This document shows, one piece after another, positions 35,982 through 46,100 of a stretch of 64,000 nucleotides of DNA. The notes under the pieces were generated by a model, which was given only the letters and a program-made list of their open reading frames with translations, was not told the origin of the DNA and ran no database searches. The translations under genes and the position numbers were made by a program. Source of the stretch: Amphiscolops sp. MND2022 (lineage: Eukaryota). Position 1 is the first letter of the stretch. The number at the start of each line of letters is the position of its first letter. The DNA lies in assembly GCA_964187785.1 (NCBI GenBank), contig OZ076409.1, forward strand, positions 37,016,001-37,080,000, in the 5' to 3' direction.

Positions 35982-36726
35982 CCCGTACTGAGACTCCATT
36001 CAATCCCATCGATGGGCATCGATGGGCCCATCGCAGCCCATCGATGAGCCATCGATGGCCTATCGATGGCCATCGATGGGATTTGAATAAATCGCCCAGC
36101 GCATGGGGGCACTTGTGGAGCATTTTAGGGTTAAATATATCTAATTTTAACCTACTCTCATTTCCTTCTGAGCCTGAGTAAGATTTCTCGAGCCTGAAAA
36201 TCTTTTATTTCGGAGCCTTATCCTTGAATTGTTTTAGAAAAAATCAGAAAAACCTGGCAAATTGCAATTATACGTATGGAAATGCGACGGAATCAAGCCC
36301 CCATTGCTGAGAAAACCATCTGCTTGTAAGAAGAAAAAAATCTGAAATATGCAGAAATTTGACTCTAAAAATACGTTTTTGTTTAAAAAAAATTTGGTGG
36401 AAAATCAACAGAATCCGCTTTTTTTCACAAAGATAAATAATATGGATAACTATGTATAACTTCATTTCCGAATAAAATATTTGGGCATCCTCGAAATCCC
36501 AAGCAAAGCTTAAACAGACTGAAAAACTTGAATGGCGAGAGCTTTGTTGAAATTTTGAAAATGGCCAAGTCGAATGAATTTTCGTGATCAAAAAATTCGA
36601 TTCCCATCGATGGAATCATCGTTAGAAAAACTTCATCGATGCCCATCGATGGACCATTGATGGCCATCGATGGGCTCACGGGCCTGCGATGGCCATCGAT
36701 GATCTGCGATGGGATCTCAGTATGGG
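35982..36726. mobile_element. CCC-terminated MITE with CCATCGATGG palindromic subterminal repeats
   Basis: TIRs CCCGTACTGAG and CTCAGTATGGG. Arrays of CCATCGATGG at 36005-36080 and 36603-36712. Confidence 0.8.
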
Positions 36727-37410
36727 ACCTCAGGACCGCAAAACTGATTTGTTCGATTTGGAATGGGAAAGTTCAATTTCTTTAAAAACTGCGTTGAGTC
36801 TAAGTTTGTCCTGAACTGCTACGTAACAGGTACCTGTAAAAACTGATAACGAAAATAACGAGAAATTTAATGGTAATAAGACCTCGGGAATTGATTAGTG
36901 TGTTTTGCCATATAAGGTTATCGAATCTTTTTCGACCTAGACTAAATCTTAATCCCAACAGTAAACTCCATCTTATCATTGGGTTGTGTTCCGGATTTTG
37001 ATTTTACATCAGTCTCGGTAGACATAACATTTAGTCCATACTCTGTTTCCTTATATGGAAATTATAAAAACCCATACTATGATCATACCATAACTTGAAT
37101 GTTTTCATATAAGCTCATTGCATGAACTAAAAGTTTTATTTATTCCCTTTATAAGAACTAAATGTTTTATTTATGGTCATTGAATTAAACTAAATGTGTT
37201 ATATACGGTCATTATACACCAATTTTTTTAAAGTGAAGAGCATTCTAATTTAGTTGAATACCGAAGCGGAGTTGACAGCCAATTGAAAACGACTTAAAAC
37301 AAAGGCAAATCAATTCCAAAACAACTGAAGCAAGTTATATTTCAAGTGAATCTAGTAAAGAATTAACAAACTTGCGGAAGCCAATGAAAAATTCAGCCAA
37401 CTCAACCTCA

Positions 37411-38129
37411 TGTAACGTCCGGCTAGCGGCGCACATCCCGGAAGTGGGACAATGCCTAGGGTGCTTAAACAGGAGACCGTTGTCTTACTACACTCCTAGA
37501 CATTGGCTTCTCTCCCAAAATGGTCTCCATGGGGGACTTTTCTAACGTCTAAGGAGGCTCCTCTAGTTAGAGCTCCGAGGCGACGTGCCGGCACTCTCAA
37601 AGTCCGGACACGCCCCACAAACCTGTAAAAACGTTCCTACACAATCCTAAGCCTTCCTACGACTTCCTACATACTTCCGAGGTCCAAAAAGTGTTTATCC
37701 AAAAAATACCATTTTGACAGTTAAGGATATGAAATGCTGACCTAGAAGGTCAGGCATAAGCGAAACAGAAAAATATATTACAAATCAACAAATTAAGGGG
37801 GACGAGCCCCAAAGGGGAGTACAGTTACTGTTTGTAGGTTTTCGGGAATCCAGTCATGTCATTCTGGAACGGTTTTGCATTCTCTCCCTGAGGGATGGCA
37901 TAACACCGGGTAGCACTCGTCACATTCGGCTCTGTGCGAATCTTCGTGTCAATAGTCATTCTGCTCTCTGATTCCTTTCTTCTTTGCTCTTTTTTTGCGT
38001 GTTCTCTCTCTTTTTTTGTTTCCTTTTTGGTTTCAACGACCTGCCAGGTCGGCCATTTTGATTCGCACACTTTCTGGTTCTTGATCGAATTTTTCATCGA
38101 AAATTTGGTGCTGACTGGTGGACGTTACA
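37411..38129 (-). repeat. 3' LTR of the large gypsy element
   Basis: Direct repeat of 54603-55321, adjacent to the PPT. Confidence 0.96.
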
Positions 38130-38729
38130 TCCTCCCCGGGCCGTAGTTTGTCGTCCTCGGCAAACGAGAGGATGTTCGCACCCAAAGGGTACTCTGAGAT
38201 TTACACAAAAAATCTTACATCAGAGCTGAACTAAATTGATCTCACATTACTATTCTTTTCGTTTCGTTACTGCATGTTTAGCATTCCAAAGCCATCAAAT
38301 TCAAAAAGCACTAGTTTCGAGGTTAAAAACTCTACAGTCGGCTCTTTTTAAAAAAAGAAAGAAACTTTTTCACTAATCACTCAGTCCAAGTTAAAATTTC
38401 TTTTTCTAAAATTGAGCCCCTGCGCGGCCAGGTGAGTAACAACAGCTTTTGGGCTTAGTAGAAGTTTTAAATTCAAATCAAAACGGGAGGGTACCGAACC
38501 GGGACCCGCCCAGAGGACATAGCTATATCGTATTGTTGCATTGGCAGCATAGTAAAGTAAATATCAAACAAAAAAAATTTCGAAATCAAACTTCATTGCA
38601 CCGAAAGTTTTCAGCACCAGTGAGATAGCGTAGCATAACTAAAACCAAAAGTTTGCACCAATGTTTTGACGATAAGGTCTTCTGTGCTTTACAGTATTCC
38701 AGTGGTCTAGGAGGGTCCAGAGGACTCCT

Positions 38730-41700
38730 TTACCCCAACAGCTGATCTTGTGGGGCTTCCTGCGTGGAAGTGCTGGCCAAGGTGTTCACTGTATTTTGGA
38801 CGGCCGAATCGGGCGCCTCGGAGGGGGGCGATGATTCCTCATCCATAGTCAGTAGGTTGTTAAGCTCCGACTCTATATCCGCCGCCTCCATGTTTGAGAT
38901 ACTAGTCTCCGCTTCGTCTCTTACAGGGGTAGCGGCATCAGAGAGTGTGAAATTGTCGGTCATGGGCTCCTCTGATGGTGGCATGACGTTTGAGATATCG
39001 TCTTGTACCCCTTCCATCAATGACTCATCGGTGTCTTGAGTGAGGTGGGATGTGGGAGGGACGGTCTGGGGGCTGCCAGAGGCAGCTTCGCCCAACCCGC
39101 TAGTTCCCGGGATAGCTTCGGTTGGCTCCAGGTTTGGCAGTCCGTCCGCCAGTTCTTGATGACCATGCTGGGTGAATAGCTGCTTGAATGTTCGTATTCC
39201 CCTAGCGTACTCTTCGCCTACAGCTCGAGTCTGTTCTCGCTGGAGACCATGCAGGCGCACGAATATCTCTAGCGCAATGCGCGGGTTACTGGGAACGTCT
39301 GTGCTCACGGGCAGGTCCTTCCTGTTGGGTTCTCTCGCTACAGTTGGAACAGTCGTTAGCAGCTGTTGAAAAGTCTGGTGGATGGCGAGGTCTACGAGCT
39401 CCGGCTGGGCCCAGCACGTGATGGTATTTAGAATTCTGGCGGTATGATCACGGGGCTCCGCTCTCGCACAGTATACCCTGGAAGTGTCGCATGCATAGGG
39501 ATATAACAACCCAGTGGGCTCCTCTCCTTTCCGGCGACCACCCAATCTTTGGATAATCGTACTCAAGATGCGCAAGACAACTGGCACGTCCCACCCATCG
39601 AAAGTTGCCACTGTTCCATTGTTTGGGTTAAGGGGGGCATGTAGCCAAGCGACCGGGTGGATTTCCATTGGCAGTGGGAGCGAGCTGCGTGCTCGCGCTT
39701 TGATCGTCATTAGGTAGTTGTGCTCCACCTGTTGGCGGTCTTTGATTATGGTGTATGCCATGGGAGGTCGCAAGTTGGCGAAGTTGCGTATTCTTGATTG
39801 ATAGGTGGGACCCTGAAGGGGCCCATTGGAGGTCACGAAGTGTAGAATTGAGAGCGATGGGGCTACTGCAGCCACTCGCAAGGCCTGCGTGGGATACCGC
39901 AAGGCCATAACTGCGCCGAAGATGGGCCAGATTATAGAAGCGATGAGTGGGATCAGGTCCTCTGTTTCCACGAGCATCAATGTTGCCATTTGTGTCGGGA
40001 ACAGGAACCCTGGAAGCTGACTGGGGTCTCGGTTGATAGCCGGGCACTCATCCAGAGGATGCATGATGCCAGCAACATTGACCCAGGTGGAATAAATCCA
40101 CACCAGGAGAGCTTGAATGTTCAAATCTAGTTGCGCTTTCAACTTCAAGGAACCCACCGGGTCCAGAGTTTCAATAAGCGCATATATCCAGCTCCTTTGA
40201 TTTTGCGAAAAGACCAAGAAGCTGAACAGGGCTGAGCCTCCTTTGTTAAGCACGAGTTTCTGTATGAGGGATGACGGTCCTCGGTACATCATAGTCAACC
40301 CCACGGCCATCAAATATGCTAGCATTTCGGTGATGGTGGCTCTTTCCATGGCGTCCATGTACAAGCGCATCCGCTGCTCATCTAGGCCGTACTCGGCCTG
40401 TACTAGGGAGGGAAGACAGAAGGGAGAGATGTTGTGAAGGAACACAGGAAATGGTATGCCTAGCCGCTCCGCGACTTGGCTTAGAGGTTCCCGCAGTTGG
40501 TCGTGCCATGTTTGGTACGTGTGTGTTGGCTCTCGAGTATTCCTTCGTTCGATATCTTGGGCCAGTATTGACAGCATGGCTAAGGTGGGTGATCTTAGCC
40601 CAGGTTCAGCGTCCAACGACACTTGCGCTATAGGGAAGATGGACGAGTACTTCCTATCGCCTTGAATCGTTTCAGTTTTCTTCATCAGGCTCGTGAGTTC
40701 TTTGTGGAACTTGGGTTCGTGCGTCTTTTCATCCAGGGTGGATTCATCTCGGCGTTCAAACCAGAGGTTATCCACCAGGATATCACGCTCATTCTCGTTT
40801 GGGTCATTTACTATCCGGTCTCCGCGCTCGTTCATCGATCGACGGGCCATTTCCATGCCATAGTCGAACGCTGTGGCCTCATCTATTATCATTTGGGAAT
40901 TGCCGCGGTAACCAACGTATGACTGGAGGGCCTTGGAGACTTCGGCGATGAAGGCCGGGTATGAAGCTTCGCAGGGACGCCAACTGTTGTTATTGATGCG
41001 TAGGTTGGGTGCCACAATGTAGAAAGGCAGATCTCTCGCATATGCGGCCTCCGTCACTAAGTACAAGAATTGTTGATGGGTTCGGGGAAGGTATACGTAG
41101 CCTGGAGGTGACATAAACACTGTCCCAGTGGTGGCTTTCTTTCTGCGCATGGCTTGGACAATGTTGGCCATGATCTCTACATAGTTAGTTACCTCGTCAG
41201 TGACGAACCCCTCGGTGAACCTCTCATGGTCCGGCCGGAAGAATTCCAGGGTGCCCCGCAGAGCGAGGTGGTCTATCACGTTCGAATACACCAACAACGG
41301 AGGAGGTGGGATTGTCTCTGTTCCCGCTTGGGTGAACATTTTGTCAGTCACCTCGGCCATCTCGTTCAGTGTGGTACAAGGCATATTCAGTATTCTGACA
41401 TCCATGAGGGTGTTGTGGGAATTGAAGGAAGACTTCATCGTCGAGTCGACGAAGAAGGCTATCCTAGTTTTCTGTAGGAGGTCCTTTCCCATGGGCAAGA
41501 TTGTAACAGGGTCCCGCGCATAGTTCTTGGTTCGCAGGCGGTCTTCGTCAAAGCGGCCAGGGCGCTGTCGGAGGAAGCTGTCGGGAACACGCATGTACGT
41601 TGAGTTTACTCTCTCCAGTTCTGCCCGCATGCATTTGAACCATGGGGGGCATCCGTCCCGAGTGAACACGGGTTTCTTGACGGGGCGATTGTAGAGTACT

Positions 41701-42842
41701 CCCACTGTGGCTTTCTCTATTTTCTGCCTAGTGGCGAGGTCCCCTGTTCCAGTAGCGACCTCGAACTTCTGTCGTAGTGGGTCTTCTGGTAACTTCGTGG
41801 TTGGCACTTCCCGCTGGAGACGCAGTGCGTCGCGTGCAGTGATGTCCAGCTGCCGTTTTTCTGTATGTGTGAGGAGCTCGCGCGTTACTCTCGGTCTCCT
41901 GGTCTCTGGTCGTGTGGGCGATGCAGCGGGGGGTTGCGGGGTAGTGGTCGAGCTCGATTGCCCAGCCTGCTCGGCCGCCTCTCTAGCTCGCTTTCCAGCG
42001 TTAATCTTCTCCCGGAGGTCTACCACGGTGCTGGCCGCCTTGCTCTCAGCTTTCTGCTGTTCTCGTTGGCGTTCTCGCAATTGTGGGTCCATCTGGAAGC
42101 CTACTAAGCTGGCTGGTTCCGAGACTTGTGGTTCGGTTCTGGAGGACGTTTGGATCAATTCTTCATAAGAGTCCTTAAACGTCACTGTTCTCGCGGGGCG
42201 GCTCTCTCTGGGCTGTTCCTCGCTCAGGGTGGTGCTTGTTATGTTGCCTACTTGCACCCCTCCCCCCTGAAAGGCAGATGGAAGCATGAAGTTGGATGTC
42301 TGGGTTGTCAGTAGTTGGATGCCATCCGATGCCAGAGGCATGGGCGGTGTTAGCACTGGGGGTGGCACCATAGGCAGTGTGCAGCTGAATCGTACAGGGT
42401 GTGGTGAGGGCAATGGGGTTGTAGTTGGTGTCTGCAATACCGATTGCGAAATGCGCAGTGATCGCTCCTGGTCCATGGGAGGCCTAGTAGGCTCTCCAAA
42501 GACTAAGTGGGAGCGGGGATCTATCAGGCTATGGGTCAAGTCGTACCCGTGCCAGGCACCGTCGCGAAAGGTGGCAGAGCGCTCTATCGGGCCGACCCGG
42601 CTGGTGATGGTGAGGCTGACATCAGAGTACGTCGCCTGGGCTTGGATTTGGGCGATGATCATGGCAAAGCCAGCGATCATTGTGGGTGTCGCTCCGTTTA
42701 GAAGAGTGTCTTGAACAAGAGCTAGTTGGTCGACTCGACCATCTATTTCGCTCATCATTGGAGGTGCATCGCTCCTTGTGGTTTGTTGGGCACGCGCAGC
42801 GTTTTGGGGTGCAGGCAGGCGGTTTCGCGCAGATGCGTCCAT
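38730..42842 (-). CDS. Intact ~1,370-aa accessory protein at the env position: disordered N-terminus, central SGNH-hydrolase-like domain, hydrophobic helical C-terminal region, acidic tail
   Basis: Uninterrupted 4.1-kb ORF (first ATG at 42842; frame open up to 42959). Motifs RIAFFVDS, MPCTT, LLVYSNVIDHL, VFMSPPG and WRP..SY..FIAEVSKAL at 41465-40925. No signal peptide seen. Confidence 0.8.
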   Translation of the reverse strand: MDASARNRLPAPQNAARAQQTTRSDAPPMMSEIDGRVDQLALVQDTLLNGATPTMIAGFAMIIAQIQAQATYSDVSLTITSRVGPIERSATFRDGAWHGYDLTHSLIDPRSHLVFGEPTRPPMDQERSLRISQSVLQTPTTTPLPSPHPVRFSCTLPMVPPPVLTPPMPLASDGIQLLTTQTSNFMLPSAFQGGGVQVGNITSTTLSEEQPRESRPARTVTFKDSYEELIQTSSRTEPQVSEPASLVGFQMDPQLRERQREQQKAESKAASTVVDLREKINAGKRAREAAEQAGQSSSTTTPQPPAASPTRPETRRPRVTRELLTHTEKRQLDITARDALRLQREVPTTKLPEDPLRQKFEVATGTGDLATRQKIEKATVGVLYNRPVKKPVFTRDGCPPWFKCMRAELERVNSTYMRVPDSFLRQRPGRFDEDRLRTKNYARDPVTILPMGKDLLQKTRIAFFVDSTMKSSFNSHNTLMDVRILNMPCTTLNEMAEVTDKMFTQAGTETIPPPPLLVYSNVIDHLALRGTLEFFRPDHERFTEGFVTDEVTNYVEIMANIVQAMRRKKATTGTVFMSPPGYVYLPRTHQQFLYLVTEAAYARDLPFYIVAPNLRINNNSWRPCEASYPAFIAEVSKALQSYVGYRGNSQMIIDEATAFDYGMEMARRSMNERGDRIVNDPNENERDILVDNLWFERRDESTLDEKTHEPKFHKELTSLMKKTETIQGDRKYSSIFPIAQVSLDAEPGLRSPTLAMLSILAQDIERRNTREPTHTYQTWHDQLREPLSQVAERLGIPFPVFLHNISPFCLPSLVQAEYGLDEQRMRLYMDAMERATITEMLAYLMAVGLTMMYRGPSSLIQKLVLNKGGSALFSFLVFSQNQRSWIYALIETLDPVGSLKLKAQLDLNIQALLVWIYSTWVNVAGIMHPLDECPAINRDPSQLPGFLFPTQMATLMLVETEDLIPLIASIIWPIFGAVMALRYPTQALRVAAVAPSLSILHFVTSNGPLQGPTYQSRIRNFANLRPPMAYTIIKDRQQVEHNYLMTIKARARSSLPLPMEIHPVAWLHAPLNPNNGTVATFDGWDVPVVLRILSTIIQRLGGRRKGEEPTGLLYPYACDTSRVYCARAEPRDHTARILNTITCWAQPELVDLAIHQTFQQLLTTVPTVAREPNRKDLPVSTDVPSNPRIALEIFVRLHGLQREQTRAVGEEYARGIRTFKQLFTQHGHQELADGLPNLEPTEAIPGTSGLGEAASGSPQTVPPTSHLTQDTDESLMEGVQDDISNVMPPSEEPMTDNFTLSDAATPVRDEAETSISNMEAADIESELNNLLTMDEESSPPSEAPDSAVQNTVNTLASTSTQEAPQDQLLG

Positions 42843-43174
42843 TGGAAATGATGATAAAGGAGTGTTTAGCACCGAAGATTGTGATGGCAAGACTGATTTG
42901 GTGTGATAACTGGGGAAGCCGCGCAGAGGCGAAGCAACAGGACAAAACTGAAAAACATGTCACAGTTGGGTTTAAAACGTCACGCAAACGGATGGTCACT
43001 CAAACTTTTTAGGACGAACACACAAAACATAAGGCTAAAAAAATTCATGTGGTTATTACTAAAACTTGCACTCACCGGTGCCTTATTGTTAAAACCTAAA
43101 GTGCTTTCCTAGTTACAAAAGGCAATACAAAAGGCCAGTGGCCTGATTTGCCAAGAAGAGAGCGAAACGTGTTC

Positions 43175-46100
43175 CTAACTACCGCCAAAATCGACTGACG
43201 TCACCGATGCTATCGAGACATAGACGCGATCGTGCAAGATTATCGCAATATTCTGGTCTGCAAAGTGATCGCGTAGCGTGGCGTACCAGGCTGGTAGGAG
43301 GTTCATCGACCGCTCGGGATCATACATGGGCAAGTGGATTCTGGTAATTCGGTTTCGATGGAGCTGGAGTATCAAATTCGTCAAACACGCATGGAGTACT
43401 TCATGTAAGAGTGGGTGTTTATTCGATGCTCGGGTACATAGAAGGAAAATTTCGTTATCCCAAGGTGCAGTTGGCGAGCGGACTAAACGAATTGCGGTGC
43501 CAACTGCCGGCCTTAGGCGAAATATGTTTTCCTGACCGTATTCTCGAATAACATAACGGGTGGTGGCAGAGTAGGAGAGTAAATCTGCAGGGCAACACAA
43601 GATCACAGTGCCAGGGGCTTGCAGGATATCTGTATTGGCATAAGTTATCCAAGGTAGGTAGTTCGGCCTGGTCTTGGGCTGGCTTATGAGCCATTTACCA
43701 GTGGTATTGCTCTGGTCACCATCAGGTTGGGGTGCTAGATGCTGTAAGATCGCTTTGCGGTCCTCCCAGACGGTGTGGCGTAGCGGTCTACCTCCCATGT
43801 TGGTGGATGACCAATCGTGTGCTATGGAGAGTGCTTCGTTGACCGTGACAGGTTTTTCCGGCGTATAAGATTGCCGATCCAAGAAGTATATCTTCGCCTG
43901 TCGGCAGAAGATGACCGCAATCAATTGTAGCCAATGTTGGCTCAGGAACTTGCCGCGATGGATGTCGGCCAGGTGGAAACAGAGTGTACTCTCAGGTTCC
44001 GTTACGGTGCGCAAGCTCTCTAAGCACATCAACAGCGTTGTGGGTGACGAGTAGCCACCATCCTTTGGTGGGCTGGTATATGTCTCCCGGCGGGGAGGCA
44101 ATGCGGTATTTCTCCCACAGTTGGTGTGCGGTGATACAGCGAACCATTTCCGGGCTGCTATCCTCTTCCGTTAGCTCGCCGAACGTTATTGAGGGTGGCA
44201 AGGGCGGTATGAGGGCATGGAGAGTGAACTCCAGACCGCCTCGGTGAGGTGGTGTCCACTCCTTGAATCGGTAAGTGGGGCAGTCGGAGGGAGATGTCGC
44301 GTGCATTGCTCTGAGCGTTTCTTCCAGCGGTGGTATCACTTCTCGCTCTACACTAGTGAATGTTTTCTCTACCGTGATGACTAGGTGGTGTACCAGCGGA
44401 GGGGCCTCAACTTTTTCTCGCTGGGCTTGCACTGTCAGGATCTCGTGTTGTGGGTGATATGGTGCCCTGGCCATTGAGAGTTCCCTTGCAGGGAAGACCG
44501 CTCCCCGGGCCAATCGGTGGTCCGGCGAGTCGCAGGCCAGTCGCTTGACGCAACTACAGTTGCGGGAACCACAGGTTCCACACTTATACCGCGGTGCTCT
44601 ATTAGCTCGCAGTTGATGTCGTAATGTTTGCGATGACGGTCCCATCTCAGAGTTCCGGTTTTCCGGTGGTGATTGGGTCTCGGGTATCTCTTGTAGAGTC
44701 ATGGCTCGGTCCAGTATTCGAGGGGGTGCACGAGTGCTTACCCTTGTCCTAGGGCCTCTTCTGGATCGCGTGGTTTGTGTTCGCGAAGATGTTGTGGTCT
44801 TACTGGATGGTATGGCGCGGGGTCGTCCTCGACCTGGTGGTCGGCCTCGAGGCCGTCCTCTGCGGTTGGTGGTATCGGGTTGTGTTGAGCACTGGACTGG
44901 ACTTCGATGGATCATCTCCTCCTCGCCCTCGGTTCCTGACGGTGGTTTTATTTCCACCGGACTGATTGGGTCCTCCGATCGGGGGCCAAACAGGGGAAAG
45001 TTGCTTAGGGTATCCGTCAGAGACGGATTAGATAGTAGCGGGGCCGAGGTCCCTGAGGGGAATGGTATCAGACTCGGAGGTGCGGCTGGCTGAACTTCCT
45101 CCTGGTCGGAATACAGTGGCTCTAGGTCGTCTAGGTCGGGGAACACCGCTGGCGGTGCTGGGTTCTGGACCGTCGGTTCATTCTCTTTCCTTTCTGAGTC
45201 CGAGTCGGAGGGATATCCGAAGTGGCTGAATCTTCTTCGGGGTATTCCCTGCTCGAGGGCCGTTTGCGTACGAGTCTGAATGGTGCGGGGTGGGACCGAT
45301 CCTGTCGGCTCCATTTCGAACGACGCTTCCGGAAGTTGTTCTGGTAGGAAAGAGTCTCGAGAGACGTCCGATGTTATCTCCTTGTTGCTTTCCTCTACGT
45401 ACGGATCGGCAATAATGGCTACATTCTGGTCCAGCCCAAAGGGCTGGTGTGCAGCCCAGTCCCAGGGGGCGGGCACGTGTCTTTTCAATCTTTCGTAATG
45501 GACCTTTTGACCGGTGTCTAGCACATATAGTCGTCCGTCCTGCAACACATCAGTCACCTTGTGGGGTCCACGCCATGCGCGGATCAGCTTGCGGGTGCCA
45601 CCCTTGGGTATGATATGGCAGAACACCCACACCGCATCGCCTACGGCGTGCGCCTTGGCCTTGAGGTGGCGGTCAAACTTTAGCTTTTGCCTTAGCTGTG
45701 CTTGGTGCGTGTTTCTTCTAACTAGTTCATGGATTTCTTGTTGCCTGGCTAGAAGGTGTTCTACGAATTCTTCTTTGGAGTTGAATCCTCGCGCAGCAAA
45801 CTCCGGGTAGATGAATGACAAGGGAATGGACTTTTCGGCTCCATGTTGGAGCATGTAGGGAGAGAATCCCGTGGTGGCGTGCCTAGTTGAGTTGTAGGCA
45901 CCAAGGATTCCATCAATGTGCTCGTCCCAATCCTGCATTCGCCGCGACGTGTAGACTCGGAGCAGCGTAAGCAGTGTTGGGTTCTGTCTCTCCAAAAGTT
46001 CATTTCCTCGGGGATGCGCCGGTGTGGATGTCACCTTTGTCACCTGTGACGCCTTCATTAACTCCTGCGCGATTCAGCTGTGAAATTCGTGGCATTATCC

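Noticed and set aside
37825..38097. 90-aa ORF duplicated at 55017-55289
   Set aside because: It lies within the LTRs over a purine-rich low-complexity tract and has no recognisable motif. The duplication is explained by LTR identity.
38730..42890. Calling the large ORF env
   Set aside because: No signal peptide, furin site plus fusion peptide, Cys-rich ectodomain or single C-terminal anchor is evident.
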